Part shown: positions 1 to 11,990 of the stretch, in pieces | Layout of the letters: every line of letters starts with the position of its first letter | Numbering within the stretch: position 1 is the first letter of the stretch | DNA from: Scyliorhinus canicula | Lineage: Eukaryota | DNA length: 64,000 nt | NCBI RefSeq assembly: GCF_902713615.1 | Contig: NC_052152.1 | Location: 65,568,818-65,632,817 of the forward strand | Direction: 5' to 3' | The notes under the pieces: generated by a model | Seen by the model: only the letters and a program-made list of their open reading frames with translations | Told to the model about the DNA's origin: nothing | Databases searched by the model: none | Program-made: the position numbers and the translations under genes

Positions 1-330
1 GGCAATGGGTGACCTCCCAGTCAATGTGGTGCTAACTCTTGTATCACCTGGCAGAGGTGCTCCACCATCACCTACGCAGGCGCCATCTTCTCTGGCATTG
101 CACCTCTGACATCTGGACATAGGATGTCCCACGTGGTATACAAATGGCCTATAGTGTCTTCTCCAAAGCTCCGCCATTTGTGGCCCTGCTCCCAAGGGAT
201 TAACAGGCTCTGCCTCTCCCTCCTCCGCATCACGTCAATGATACTGCTTGATAACAATAAAAGCAATTGCCAGCTCAACTTCTCCATGATTTTCCCGAAT
301 CAAAAACTGAATGGACGTGAACATCAAAGT
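1..330 (-). mobile_element. Decayed Harbinger transposase N-terminal remnant
   Basis: Minus frames give PRGTSYVQMSEVQCQRRWRLR and MVEHLCQVIQELAPH*LGGHPLP, matching RPRMSFEDLPDRACRRRLRM...TVANICHLMAHMAPCGTGGGHAP of the transposase at 18200; frameshifted and with stops. Confidence 0.55.
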
Positions 331-1689
331 GAGGTATTCTAGCAATGCCCTGACCCACAGCCCCCTCAGGATCTGGGACATCCACCTATGTGCATCCCCC
401 TCTGTGAGTACCTTGCCACTGAGCATCACTCCCTCCCCACTTGCCCACGGTTACCTCTCTTAATTCCACCTGAATGAAGCACTTCGATCCTCAAGAGACT
501 CAGTGGACCCTGTGACTCCCCCAAGGGTGAGGAATGAGGGCAGTTGAGTGCATTCAATGGACCTACGTTCTAACATCATGGGAGAACGAGACTCTACCAT
601 TCATCATCTGAACTGAGTGTCTGTTGAGCACGTTTACCATAATGCCTTGCATTGGGGGCCACATCTTTCTAGTATGAAAATGTGAGAATTAGCCTTGGAG
701 TTCAATGCTTGCGGGCTAGGCTTGCAAATGGTTAACAATTGGGTTCCAATTAATTGTACGCTCATGCATTGCAATGCTGATTAAATTGCCACAATTGATT
801 CATCAAGGAAGGGTCAGGGAAATGATTCAACAAGTGGCTTCCCCTTGTGGCAGGTAAGGCACACCTGATGCATGTGAAGACTCCAATTTGCAGTCAACTT
901 CATCCTTCGAGAGCACCCTCAATCCCCCAGCTCTTAATCACGACTGTGGATTAAATGAGTCTTTCAACTTGAACAGCCAGCCACCCATACACAATCTCTG
1001 GCATAGTCTCAATAGAAAGCTCGTTCCTTCAGGCTTCAAAGTGTGGGGATTCATTCTAACTGCACTCTTCCTCCCTCTTGTGAGGGTCTTCAGTCCTCAT
1101 GAGGCTAGTAACCGCCCCATGTCAGAGTCAGCCTGGCATCTTATGGGACTCTACCTGGGAACCTCACAGTCACCCCCAGTGCTGAGCCTGTGGATTCACC
1201 TGCTCCCACCCACTTTCCAGCTGCCAGTCTCGAAGGGCAACCCCTCAGTGAGGGGCCTGAAAAATCGTAAAACGCAATCTCAACAGTGAAAATCGCGTTT
1301 CCTGATTCTCACACATTTTGTACCTGAATTGTCCTTTTCATTGATGGCTAACGCAGGATAAAAATCCCCCACATTGTTTGACTGTTGTGATTTGAAGAAA
1401 TTATAGAACCAAATAGGAACAATGTCCCGTAGCGAGTGAGGTTAGTATCACCGAGAAACTTAATGCTATCTAACAAAGCTCTGGTTAGATATGGGGCCTT
1501 CGCGGGGAATGTGTGGCCAAAGCCTAGTCCCATTTCCTCCACGGAGGAGCCCCACTCACCAAAACTCCTCAGTGCAGAGAGATTGGGGCGTCATTTTTAA
1601 ACATCCCCCTAAGCCACAACTAAGAGGTCCCTGGGGCCCCTACACCCTCTCCCCCCCACATCCAGGCAGGACAACCCTGGCCTGATCAC

Positions 1690-2300
1690 TGCCATGCAGA
1701 AAATGCCAACTTGACACCCTGGAAGTGCCCCTGCCAGCTGGTAGTGCCATATGGGCAGCTTGGGTGCCAGACTTGCAGTGCCCAGATAGTACCAGCAATG
1801 CCAGGGTACCATCCTGCCAAGAGGACATTCACCTGGGGGTCTCCAATCCCCTGGGAGACTCCCACGAATGCTTTTCTATCTGTGGAGGCCAGTACTGAAT
1901 GGCGCTCGCCCGAGTTCTCCAAGGTGTAGGGGATATATCCCAATGCCTTGGTTATCTCAGGGAACTGTGTATTAAAGTGAGACGAGTTGTCTTGCTCTAA
2001 TGTCCAGATTTGCCAAAAAGTGATCCTGCCCACAATGGGCGGTATTCACATTGCAAAGTCTCATGAGATCGCTTTAAATTTCGCGAGGCGTAGCGAGCTG
2101 GGTAGATTCTGGGAGCACGGTCTCCTGGCAGTTACTGCCCACATTGCGCTGTGAGACAGACACCCTGGAAGTGCTCTGCCAGCTGGAAGAGCCATATGGG
2201 CACCTTGGGTGCCAGGCTGGCAATGCCTGGGTGTCAGGCTAGCAGTGCCGAGGTGCCCAGGAGGCACCAGCATTGCCAGGGTACCACCCTGCCAAGTGGG
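1690..2300. repeat. GC-rich non-autonomous element remnant with an internal ~110-130 bp imperfect direct repeat
   Basis: caccctggaagtgc...ccatatgggca...tgccagggtacca(t/c)cctgccaag occurs at ~1715-1820 and ~2161-2296. Confidence 0.5.
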
Positions 2301-2506
2301 TGAAAGTCAATTGATACCATTAATAAGAAGCTTGGTCAAATAACTGTTGAGAAAGGTTTGTAGAGGTAGTAATAGAAAATACAGAGACGTTGGGTATGAA
2401 ATCCATAATTAAAATAGTCATGTATGTATGGGCTGTGGGAGGAGATAAACTGAGAAGCCTTTTTAGGTTTCAAACTTTCTTATACTCTTATTTGTATCTA
2501 TCATAC

Positions 2507-2842
2507 CATTTACAGTGAGGCAGGTCTTCACAGTCTTTTGGCCACTTTTGAATGAATTAAAGACACACTGATAACATCCTTCATCTTCAAACTTCACTCC
2601 AGACAGTACGATAGTGGACACTTGCCTCTTCGATTGTGTGAAAGCAACCCGACCAATAAATGATTCTAATACGTTGCGTCCAAATTTTCCACTAAATGTG
2701 GCGATGTTGATCTCAGATTGGCCATTTAACTTTTGCCAGGTGACCTGTAGAATATCTTCTAAATGTGAAGTACAGCTGAATGTAACATTTCCACCTAAAA
2801 GCACTGTCATGTTCTTCTGTGTCTCCACATCCAGGGGTTTCC
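2507..2842 (-). CDS. CD200: CD200 (OX-2)-like IgV-domain exon (phase 1/1)
   Basis: Acceptor tttctatttcatAG|GG at 2844/2843 and donor AAT G|GTATGA at 2506; 336 nt. Translation (G)KPLDVETQKNMTVLLGGNVTFSC...VTWQK...ATFS...DEGCYQCVFNSFKSGQKTVKTCLTVN has the IgV C-W-C core plus the CD200-type extra Cys pair (GCYxCxFNxF...TCL). Could be a paralogue rather than the orthologue. Confidence 0.88.
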
Positions 2843-2954
2843 CTATGAAATAGAAAAAAATAGTAAAACAAGTCAGTCATTCACAAACATCATCTGTGCT
2901 TAATTCTCTTCTAAAGTACACAGAGGCTCACGAGTTGTAGTGGATTATTCGGCC

Positions 2955-3790
2955 ACTTGTGGCTCAGTGGTAACATTCTCACATCTGAGTCAGGGGTGGA
3001 GTCTTAGAGTCCTTTAGTGGTGGGTGGCGCTGTAAATGCAGCGAGCCATTCTAAATTTCACCAAGGTTCTGTGTTTAAGTCGCAATCCAGACACTGGATT
3101 GCTAAATCTGGATTGACACTGCCAGTGCGGTAGTGAGTGAGCATTGCTGGTGGAGGTGCTGTCTTTCAGATGAGATGCTAAACATAGAATTTACAGTGCA
3201 GAAGGAGGCCATTCGACCCATCGGGTCTGGTACAGCGCTTGGAAAGATCCACCTAAACCCACACCTCTACCCTATCCCCACACCTCCACCCTATCCCTGT
3301 AACCCCAACTAACCTTTTTTTGGCACTAAGGGCAATTTAGCATAGCCAATCCACCTAACCTGCATATCTTTGGACTGTGGGAGGAAACCGGAGCACCTGG
3401 AGGAAACTCACGCAAACACGGGGAAAAAGTGCAAACACCGTACAGACAGTGACCCAAGTCGGGTATCAAACCTGGACCCTGGAGCTGTGAAGCAACTGAG
3501 CTAACAACTGTACTACCATGCTGCCCTCTCAGGTGAATGTCAGAGATACCACAGGGAAGAGCAAGGAAGTTATCCCCATTGTCCAAGATAATATTGATCC
3601 CTGATCCTATATCATTAAAATAGGTTATGTAGTTGTTATCATATTAGTGACTGGGGGACCTTTCCGTGCTGTTTTTGGATTCTGCATTCCACACAGTAAC
3701 TATACATTCAAGTGTACTTTTAACGAGCTGTGAAACATTTTGGAAAATTTTGACTGAATGAACTGATGTTTATGATAACATTCTTAAATT
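2955..3790 (+). mobile_element. Old Deu-domain SINE (SacSINE1/AmnSINE-like), split by a V-SINE
   Basis: tRNA-like head gtggctcagtggtaac; core gctgtctttcagatgagatgctaaa...ctctcaggtgaatgtc...gaagagcaagg resembles the DeuSINE domain. Confidence 0.6.
3183..3526 (-). mobile_element. HE1-like V-SINE (CR1-type tail)
   Basis: Reverse complement begins gggcagcatggtag, carries the V-domain (tgcac..ttccccgtg...ctccggtttcctcccacagtccaaag) and ends cttctgcactgtaaattctatg. Confidence 0.9.
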
Positions 3791-4094
3791 AAATTCAACT
3801 CAGGGTGGTGCAATGAACGCCCATCTGCAGTCTTTAAACCCTTTGAACAGTCAAACAGTACCTCATAATTAAAGTTCTCTGAGAATAAAGTAAACACCTT
3901 CCCACCTGCAGCTTTAAACAGTCTGTCAATATGCCAAGTTTAAAGATCTGCAAGATGAAGGTAAAAGTGGTAGAAACATTTGAAGATTTTTTTTCAGCCA
4001 GTTTCATTGCCCTTTAAAGTATTGAAACCTCTCTGCAAACTAGAAGCCTAAAGACTTTGAACTGCATTGTTTACATATAATTTCACTGACCATT

Positions 4095-4752
4095 GGGCTG
4101 GATTCTCCCAAAATGGGACTATGTCTCCACGCCAGCGTAAAAACACTAGAGTTTACTCTAGAGGTTCCTGCAAAAAAGTACAGCTAATTCAATGCCCTGC
4201 TGGGAACTAGCAGTGACCCGAAGTAATCCACGCAGCTTTAGCTGCGGATACGGGTCCCGCACTTCCGGTCTGGAGTCAGCGCATGTGCACGGCGGCGGCC
4301 TCCAGTGGCTGAGCTCCATGGCGGACTCAGGCCACGGAGACAGACATAAAAATTAGACCGCCCCCCGATTGGCTACGCACCCGAGCGTCTGACCGCACGG
4401 ATCTAACCCCCAGCCGCCTGTAAGGACCCCCCCACCCCCCCGTGTCCGATCACCTCGCCCTCGCCCTAACCAGGGCGGCCGTGGACTGAGTCCGCAGCCG
4501 CTATGCCAAGATCCCGACCGGCAATACCAGGTTAGTTCCACGCCGTTGGGACCTCAGCCGGTTGGGAGCGGAGGATTGCTGGGCGGGCCTCTGTCATTGG
4601 CCCCCCCAGCCACGCAGCGTATTCCGCGATCACGCTGATTCTCGAGTCCTGGAGAAATGCTGGACAGTGCGGGCCCGATTGTGGCGTGAAATTGGGTTCT
4701 CTGCCCCGGCGCCAAACGCGATTTTGGCACGGGGCTGCGGAGAATCCAGCCC
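4095..4752. mobile_element. Harbinger-type MITE
   Basis: TIR gggctggattctcc / ggagaatccagccc; flanks att / act (3-bp TSD, one mismatch); related to 51622-52269. Confidence 0.8.
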
Positions 4753-5117
4753 CACTGTCTTTTACAAACCATTTGATTGACAGGTTCAAGCCGTTTCAAA
4801 GGAAGGATTACTATTGTTTATTTATATAGCTCTTTCGGGTCCATTAACTCTGAGGAGCAGCTGTTTTTCTACTGTTGAGGCTGTCTCTTTGTTTTCAGTA
4901 TCTGGATGTTCTTGAGAACCTTCATCTCACAGATCTTTGAACTTGGCATGCTGTCAGACTGTTTAAAATGTTTAAGGCAACAGATGGGAAGACCAGAAAA
5001 ATAACCTCCACCTCAGGAAAGACCCTCAGCCCGAGCCCCTGACACCCACCTTGGCATCATGGAGGCAATTGCAGGGAGGTGTTATCACCCCTTGCCACCC
5101 CTTGGACTGAAAGCTAT

Positions 5118-5391
5118 TGTGGTGAATGTGTAACCACTATAATTCACACTGTATATTACTGTGTCCCTGTGGGCTCCATCTGTGAGCCATTGTGCGGCTC
5201 TGCCCACAGGGGGAGATGAAGAGCATGTGCAGGGCTCCGCCCAGGGCTTCGCCCCCATCAGGAAGTATAAGTGCTGCGGTCCTGCGAGTCCGCCCTCAGT
5301 TCAGCATAGTCGCAGGCAGGCTCAGTTGTAAGCCGATTAAAGCCACAGTTTACTTCAACTCGTGTCTCTGAGTGAATTGATGGTCGCATCA
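5118..5391 (+). mobile_element. Solo LTR, Gypsy family A
   Basis: tgtggtgaatg...gatggtcgcatca (TG..CA); 5-bp flanks gctat/gctgt; homologous to the LTRs of 41828-45937; has TATA-like gtataag and attaaa. Confidence 0.9.
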
Positions 5392-7284
5392 GCTGTCAAG
5401 TCCCGTTTCTCAGCACTTGTATCAATTCACGTTAGCGTGGAGAATCCCAGAGGGCAGGTGAATCTGGCATTGTACCCGTAAATTAAATTTAAATTAGGGA
5501 TAATTACCTGCTTGCATGTTCCCAACAAGCCTGGGCGGGAGCTTTGTTGTGGCTAGCGGGCGGGCTTGGAGACATGCAATGGATTTTACGACTGGAGTGA
5601 AACCCATTTTTTTTCCCAATGGCAGATTCACCAGGCCATCGGGATTCCTGCCGTTGACTGGAGGCCCTGCAGAATCCCCTGTCACACCTTCCCCCATGTT
5701 TCCAGCACCAGTGTTCTAGCACAGCAGGACTTTGCTGACCCTCTGCCACTAACGGAAACATGACCCAGTTTCCAAGAGGGGTTCAACCTAACTGCACAGC
5801 ACATTTCTGGCAGGATTCTCCCTACTAAGAGGGAATTCTCATTACCTGACCCTGAATTCCAGAAATGCGGTAGAAGAAGGAGTAACCGGGTAGTTACTGG
5901 AGCAGGAACGTCCTGAAGATAGGAAGATAAGAAACAAGGTCCAGAGTAGAGTTGTCAACATTTGGATGTATCCGTTTCACCACATGATCTCCTGCCTGCA
6001 AGGCCATGCCCATTCAAACAGCCATTTTTCCACCAATACTTTTAAAATGATCAAATTAACTTGTTTGAGGAAAATATTTTCCCTTTTAGCATTCTTATCG
6101 TGGAGATTAACCTTTAACTCCTGGAGACGCCCGGCCAATCCTGGATGGTTGGCAAATGGAGGGTTCTGGAGGGTGGTGCGATTAACCCTCTCTGGAGCAG
6201 CAGTATTTGACTTTGTCTCAACCAATCTGTTCAGTTATGTACCTCATCATGCAGACTTTCTTCCTGCAATTCTAGGTTACTGCTCATTGTTGTTCTTTCA
6301 GTACCCATACCTTATCTGTCAGGAATTCGCTCCAACAATTTCTTCATCATCTTATTATTATTATATTAGTCATGTCATGCTTGAGGCATAATGTCTGCAC
6401 TTATCAGTGTTTTCCACATATTCAGAGGCATGTGTACGCACATCATGAAAGAATGAATCAAATATTAAAGGAACAATGCTGATTAAAATGAACCAAACTG
6501 CAATTTTGCATATATTTTTGTGCAAAGAAAATGTGCAATATGGTGACTTTGTAATAAAGCGCACTGAAGTGCAAGACTGAAAATTATGGGGATTTATCGT
6601 TAATTATTATAAAAGAAAAAGTCAGCTCCATATATCAACCAAGTTCTGTTTATAAAATAGCCTATTAGTTAACTGAAAATTGCAAGGTAGTTTTGACATC
6701 CCTTGTATTTCTCTTGAGAGTAAAATCTAACCAGTTGTGATGTTCAGACTCAACACCTGGTGGTGGGAACATGCAGTACAGAGGGCATTGAAATGAAGGG
6801 AGAAGAATTCTAACTGAAGATATCTGCTAAAGCTCGTATTGAACTTTTTATTGATATAGGAAGTTTCAACTAAAGAGGGACACACACAGACATGTCAAAG
6901 CACATCACTGGGGTGGTGGCCCTGACTAAAAAACCTCTCATAGACAAAGGCTTCTCAGGTATATGTGGTTTTCTGTCTTTCTGGCAGATACCTGGAGACA
7001 TTCCCTGCTGAGGGCAGGAGATGACTACATGCAGGTGGTCTTTTCCCGACCAATCGGATGACTCGATTTAAGACATTACGTTGCATGCCGAGAGACAAGG
7101 GTCAGAAAGGGATGTCAAGGTAAGTTCGGACTTTGGGACTGGAACCAGAAAGTGTGATCTGGTCAGTCACTGGAGTCATGTGGAAGAATTTTTTCAGTGG
7201 ACTGACCACCTGGGGATGAGCTCCTTCACAAGGGTTTTACTAAACAACCGGTGTTGTAAGCAGATACTATTGTTTAATGGGTTC

Positions 7285-8044
7285 TGTCAGCTGGATGTAC
7301 CTTTAAGAAATGGGTGTTTATCAAATAGCTGCAGTGATGTCAGTGTGTGTGTGTGGAGCTGGGCTGTCTGTCTTTTACTTTTGTTTTGAGCTGGCAGCTC
7401 CAGTGGGTTTAGTTTCATTTTCAGAGGTGGATAGCTGCATTCAAAGCAAGCAGCTGTATAATGATCTCTCTCTCTACAAGCTAAAGAATGAATCCACATC
7501 ATTGATGATTTCAAAGTAATACCTGTTTCTGTAGAGCATTTAAACCAGCCCCAGGGGCTGTTTAGCACAACGCTAAATTGCTGGCTTTGAAAGCAGACCA
7601 AGCAGGCCAGCAGCACGGTTCGATTCCCGTAACAGCCTCCCCGAACAGGCGCCGGAATGTGGCGACTAGGGGCTTTTCACAGTAACTTCATTTGAAGCCT
7701 ACTTGTGACAATAAGCGATTTTCATTTTCAAACCTACTGTCTTTATTTTAAAAAGGATTTAACTTATGGATGTTGTTTGGGAAGTTATTAAGGGTTACCT
7801 ATAGAATATTGTATTTGGGAAAGTATCAGTGTTTGTAAGTGATAAGGTATTTACTGTGTGTTTATAAAGTGTTAACTGGATTCATCGAATAAACGTTGGT
7901 TTGTTTTGAACATACTTTAGATCTCTGTTGCACCACACCTGTAAAGTGGGTCCTTGTGCTCCCACAACCAAAATCGATTAAAAGTTGAGGGTCAGGTGAA
8001 GTTCGTAATATACTTTGGGGTTCTCTAAACCCTGGCCCATAATA
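7285..8044 (+). mobile_element. Solo LTR, family B (with SINE insertion)
   Basis: tgtcag...ggcccataata; perfect 4-bp TSD gttc; homologous to 46036-47085; aataaa near the 3' end. Confidence 0.8.
7554..7730 (+). mobile_element. tRNA-derived SINE family 2
   Basis: Head ggggctgtttagcac...ggttcgattccc, tail caggcgccggaatgtggcgactaggggcttttcacagtaac...gtgacaataagcg(attttc)n. Confidence 0.85.
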
Positions 8045-9199
8045 GTTCAGAAAGTTCTCCACATAAAGTGGAAATTGTATCTAAAGTAGTTTCTTGTTAT
8101 TGATACTCAGTAGTGTCCAGACCATAGAGAGTAACGAGACCCCCTGTTTAAGAGTCTTGCAGCTTTGGACGACTACGAGCAGGGATCCTGACAATTGAAG
8201 AAATAGCAAAATGAATTTTGGACAGGTTTGACACGAAATATGGAAAAGGGAAATTCCCTGTAAAGCAAAGGTTATCCGAGAGGGGGGATGAACCAGTGGA
8301 CAAGGCTGCTTACTGGACGTAGGGGTCCTCTTGTAGGTGAGCTGAAGACGTATTAGCACCAGAGTAAGGGAAAAGTGGCTAGGCAGGAGCTGGAGGAGTG
8401 AGGTGGTTGTAAATGTGCAGTGGAAACATCCCCGGAAGCCCCAAATGTTAAGAACAAATAGGATGAGGCATCTGTGAGGTGGGATGTATGCTCCAGCAGC
8501 TAGATAAGGTGAGGAGAGGGTGATTCAGGGTTGCTGTGTGTAATTAACTAAAAGTAGTCGAAAGAAAAGTGATTGAAACTATTAACAGAATTTATTAATT
8601 TTGCATGCTTGTATTTTAAGCTGTACATTAAGTTTTAAGTTGTGATGTTAAGACAAGTGTTGCAAGAATGCAAAATGCAAAGGAGGTTCCTGGTAATAAT
8701 ATCTTTGTGCATGTTTTCTTTGGCACTCTGAATTCCTAACCTGTTGTAATTCACACTTCTAGGTTGCATAGAAATATATAAGTATGAATATGATTATTAA
8801 GAGGCCAGATTTTCCGCTCCTATTTTCATCGGGAGGGTTCGGTGACGGTAGCGTAAAATCTCACAAATCACATTTTATGTTGGCAGAAAAGCTCACTGTG
8901 ATTGTCCCTTTCCCAGTCAGTGACGTGCAACGGCAGGAACCTAATTTCAATGATTTGTACCAGTAATCGAGCCTCTATTCAGGAAACCCCCTACCCCTCT
9001 ACTATCCTGTCAAAACATCCACGCACATAATGGACATAAAAACATGGGTGTATCCTTGTTTTGGCTTCACTGTGAAGTTATTATTCTGGATGGAAGTCTA
9101 TGAATGCAAGGATGTATACATGCACTGAGCCAATTGCATTTGGAATGGTCATGCAGAAAGCAGGTTTGAAATCATTAGTAACAACCAAAACACCCTAAA

Positions 9200-9870
9200 A
9201 TGTGATTAACTCCGAAAATAGTAGGTAACAGAATGAGGCAAAATTATTGGAACATAGAAAGATGTAAAGAAAATGCAATAAAATATTGTGAAACTCATTC
9301 CGCTTTAAAAGCTTGTGGAACGAAAGCAAATCTGGAAGGGTGTGAACTACTTATGAAAACAATAGTGAATAGAGGTTCGGAGAAATATTCCATGGGAAAT
9401 GGATCATACATATTTATCATGTCAGGAGAAGATAAAAATAGTTATATTTGGGCACTTGAATATTAACTCTAAAAGAACATTTGCAGTGTGATTTGATTAA
9501 TTTCACGAAAGTTGAAATTACAGCAACAATGTACATTCACTTGGATTCCAAGTGAAATAAAAATAAATTTGAGACTGACAAAGGTAGCTACACTGATTAG
9601 TCATTTGAAGTAAAGAGAAATTGTCTTGGTGTAAACAAATCAGAATGTTAGAGAGTTTATATGTCAAGCAGACTTTTAACTGAAGCAAAATTAGAGGAGG
9701 CTAATAAATTTCCCAAAAGATCAGATAATATTGGGAAAACTATCTCATTTCGACATGCCACGAATGGGAGAAGGAATAGCTTTAGTATTCTCTTGGACAG
9801 GAAACATTGCTACAAGATTGCTTGCACTGATATTTAACTTTGGAAAATACCTTACACAAATTCTTATTAT
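9200..9870 (+). mobile_element. Possible ancient L1/Tx1-clade ORF2 remnant
   Basis: KLSHFDMPRMGEGIALVFSW...IATRLLALIFNFG weakly resembles the post-RT PKxxGGLxLP segment of L1; many stops. Confidence 0.3.
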
Positions 9871-10192
9871 CATAGAATTTACAGAGCAGAAGGAGGCTAT
9901 TCAGCCCATCGAGGCTGCACCGGCCCTTGGAAAGACCACCCTACCCAAGGCCACACCTCCACCCTATCCCTGTAACCCAGTAACCTCACCTAACCTTTTT
10001 TGGACACGAAGACCAATCCACCTAACCTGCACATCCTTGGACTTTGGGAGGAAACCGGAGCACCCGGAGGAAACCCACAAAGACACTGGGAGAATGTGCA
10101 GACTCCGCACACAATGACCGAAGCTGGGAATCGAACCTGGGACCATGGAGCTGTGAAGCAACTGTGCTAACCAATGTGCTACCGTGTTGCCC
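9871..10192 (-). mobile_element. HE1-like V-SINE (CR1-type tail)
   Basis: Same head, V-domain and tail as 3183-3526. Confidence 0.9.
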
Positions 10193-10273
10193 AATTGTTG
10201 TAGGGGTTGTACTTCTCATAAATGTAATTGTTTTAAAGGTATTAAGTATACAGAGTTCTATGTAGAGGATCAG

Positions 10274-10442
10274 AGGCTGGATTCTCTGCCCCGCCACACC
10301 ACATTTCTGCCCTGACCTGCCGGCAGGATTCTCCGTTACACCAGCCGTTCAATGGGGTTTCCCATTGTGGGGCAGCCTTACGCGTCGGGAAACCGCCGGG
10401 CACCGGCAAAACGGAGAATCACACCGGCGGAGAATCCTGCCC
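10274..10442. mobile_element. ~170-bp Harbinger-type mini-MITE
   Basis: TIR aggctggattctc / gagaatcctgccc with nested internal gattctccg / cggagaatc repeats; no clear TSD. Confidence 0.65.
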
Positions 10443-10585
10443 CGAATTTTACTCTTCTGCAGGAACTTGCCTCGCAATTGAAATGGCTTCTTTACATGAT
10501 GCTGGAACATTGAATCAACAGATACGTGATGATTTCTTGAGACAACGGGAGATTCAGAACTAGATATATAAAAGTCCTCATTATC

Positions 10586-10809
10586 TTTTTTTTTAAAATT
10601 TAGATTACCCAATTATTTTTTCTATTGAGGGGCAATTTAGCGTGGCCAATCAACCTACTCTGCACATTTTTGGGTTGTGGGGGCGAAACCCACGCAGACA
10701 CGGGGAGAATGTGCAAACTCCACACGGACAGTGACCCAGAGCCGGGATCGAACCTGGGACCTCAGCGCCGTGAGGCGGTTGTGCTAACCACTAGGCCACC
10801 GTGCTGCCC
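10586..10809 (-). mobile_element. Short V-SINE variant (A-rich tail, long TSD)
   Basis: V-domain internally shortened (gggtttcgcccccacaaccc); 17-bp TSD taaaagt(c/t)ctcattatc at 10569-10585 and 10810-10826. Confidence 0.9.
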
Positions 10810-10928
10810 TAAAAGTTCTCATTATCAACAGTGAACGTTCAGTGTAAAGTTTTTGGCAAATTATATCACTTAAAAATATTAGATTCATTATTTAAAATTT
10901 TGGACATCAATAAACTCAGAATCAAAAC

Positions 10929-11161
10929 CATGGGTTTGATTCCCGGATTGGGTCACAGTCAGTGCGGAGTCTGCACATTCTCCCTGTGTCTGCGTGGGTT
11001 TTACCCGTGTGCTCCAGTTTCCTCCCACAAGTTGCGAAAGAATTCTCCCTCAGTGTAACCAAAAAGGCGACGGAGTGTGGCGACTGGGAGATTTTCACAG
11101 TAACTCCATTGCAGTGTTAATGTAAGCCTACTTGTGATACTAATAACGTTTATTATTATTA
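10929..11161 (+). mobile_element. 5'-truncated V-SINE with family-2-type tail and (ATT)n end
   Basis: V-domain followed by gtgtggcgactgggagattttcacagtaac...taagcctacttgtgatactaataa..(att)n. Confidence 0.8.
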
Positions 11162-11169
11162 TGATAACA

Positions 11170-11530
11170 ACTCAGAACTTCTTCCAATTAAGTAGGATGG
11201 CGGCTGTAAGAACCATTTTGAAGCAAATTTTGCCATGCTAACCAAGTTGAGTGTGCGCATTAGTTTGGCCTCCAAACCGAGATTAAAGAGACATAGGCCT
11301 GGAATCACAACTAGTGATGACACAATCTTCTTTTACATAGAGGGGTTAGACTCCACATATATGGAAAAGGTATGCTCCATCATTGGTGCCATGATTTTTG
11401 CATTTGGTTATGATGAGTCACAACTCTCAATCAAGGAAGTTACACTGCACACCAATGGCAACAGGAATCTGATCAAAAAGACATTCCCCCTGCACATCAA
11501 CCAGGTTTTGCATGTGGACTACCTCCAACC
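11170..11530 (-). mobile_element. Possible ancient L1/Tx1 ORF2 C-terminal remnant
   Basis: Minus-strand fragments CCHWCA, GAYLFHIC and IPGLCLF...LNLVSMAKFASKWFLQPP resemble the L1 C-terminal CCHC and AKxxIxxxW..PP region; degenerate. Confidence 0.3.
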
Positions 11531-11883
11531 ATGACATGGTATTGAAACCCTCCAGATTGTCTATGCAACCATTGATTATGCTTATATGATGTGTTCAAAC
11601 TGATGATGGCCTTCTGACTCTATGCTACATGATGTCAAAAAATGACTTTTCTGTGCAGAAAAACCCCAAATTAAATAACGTTGATTACTAGTTCAGTGAT
11701 TGTGAGAAAACAAGGATGCGGCTTAATTGTTTTAGTATTTACTTGAAGACCTCTCGTAAGAAAGGTAGTGCCCTAATATGCTATCAGGAAGGACACCTAC
11801 ATTTTGAGCAATTCTGACCAGTCACAGGGTTAGGAAAAAATTCAACTTTAAAAGCAAGATGTTGTCACAAAGCCACACAAGGT

Positions 11884-11990
11884 ACCAGCCTCCCCGGACA
11901 GGCGCCGGAATGTGGCGACTAGGGGCTTTTCACAGTAACTTCATTGAAGCCTACTCGTGACAATAAGCGATTTTCATTTCATTTCATTTC
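11884..11990 (+). mobile_element. SINE family 2 tail-only copy
   Basis: caggcgccggaatgtggcgactagggg...gtgacaataagcg ending (atttc)n. Confidence 0.8.

Noticed and set aside
888-1289. 133-aa ORF with a hydrophobic stretch
   Set aside because: TTG start, no recognisable domain or splice context, flanked by transposon remnants.
11235-11534. 99-aa plus-strand ORF
   Set aside because: No homology recognised; the opposite strand looks more like a decayed L1 C-terminus.
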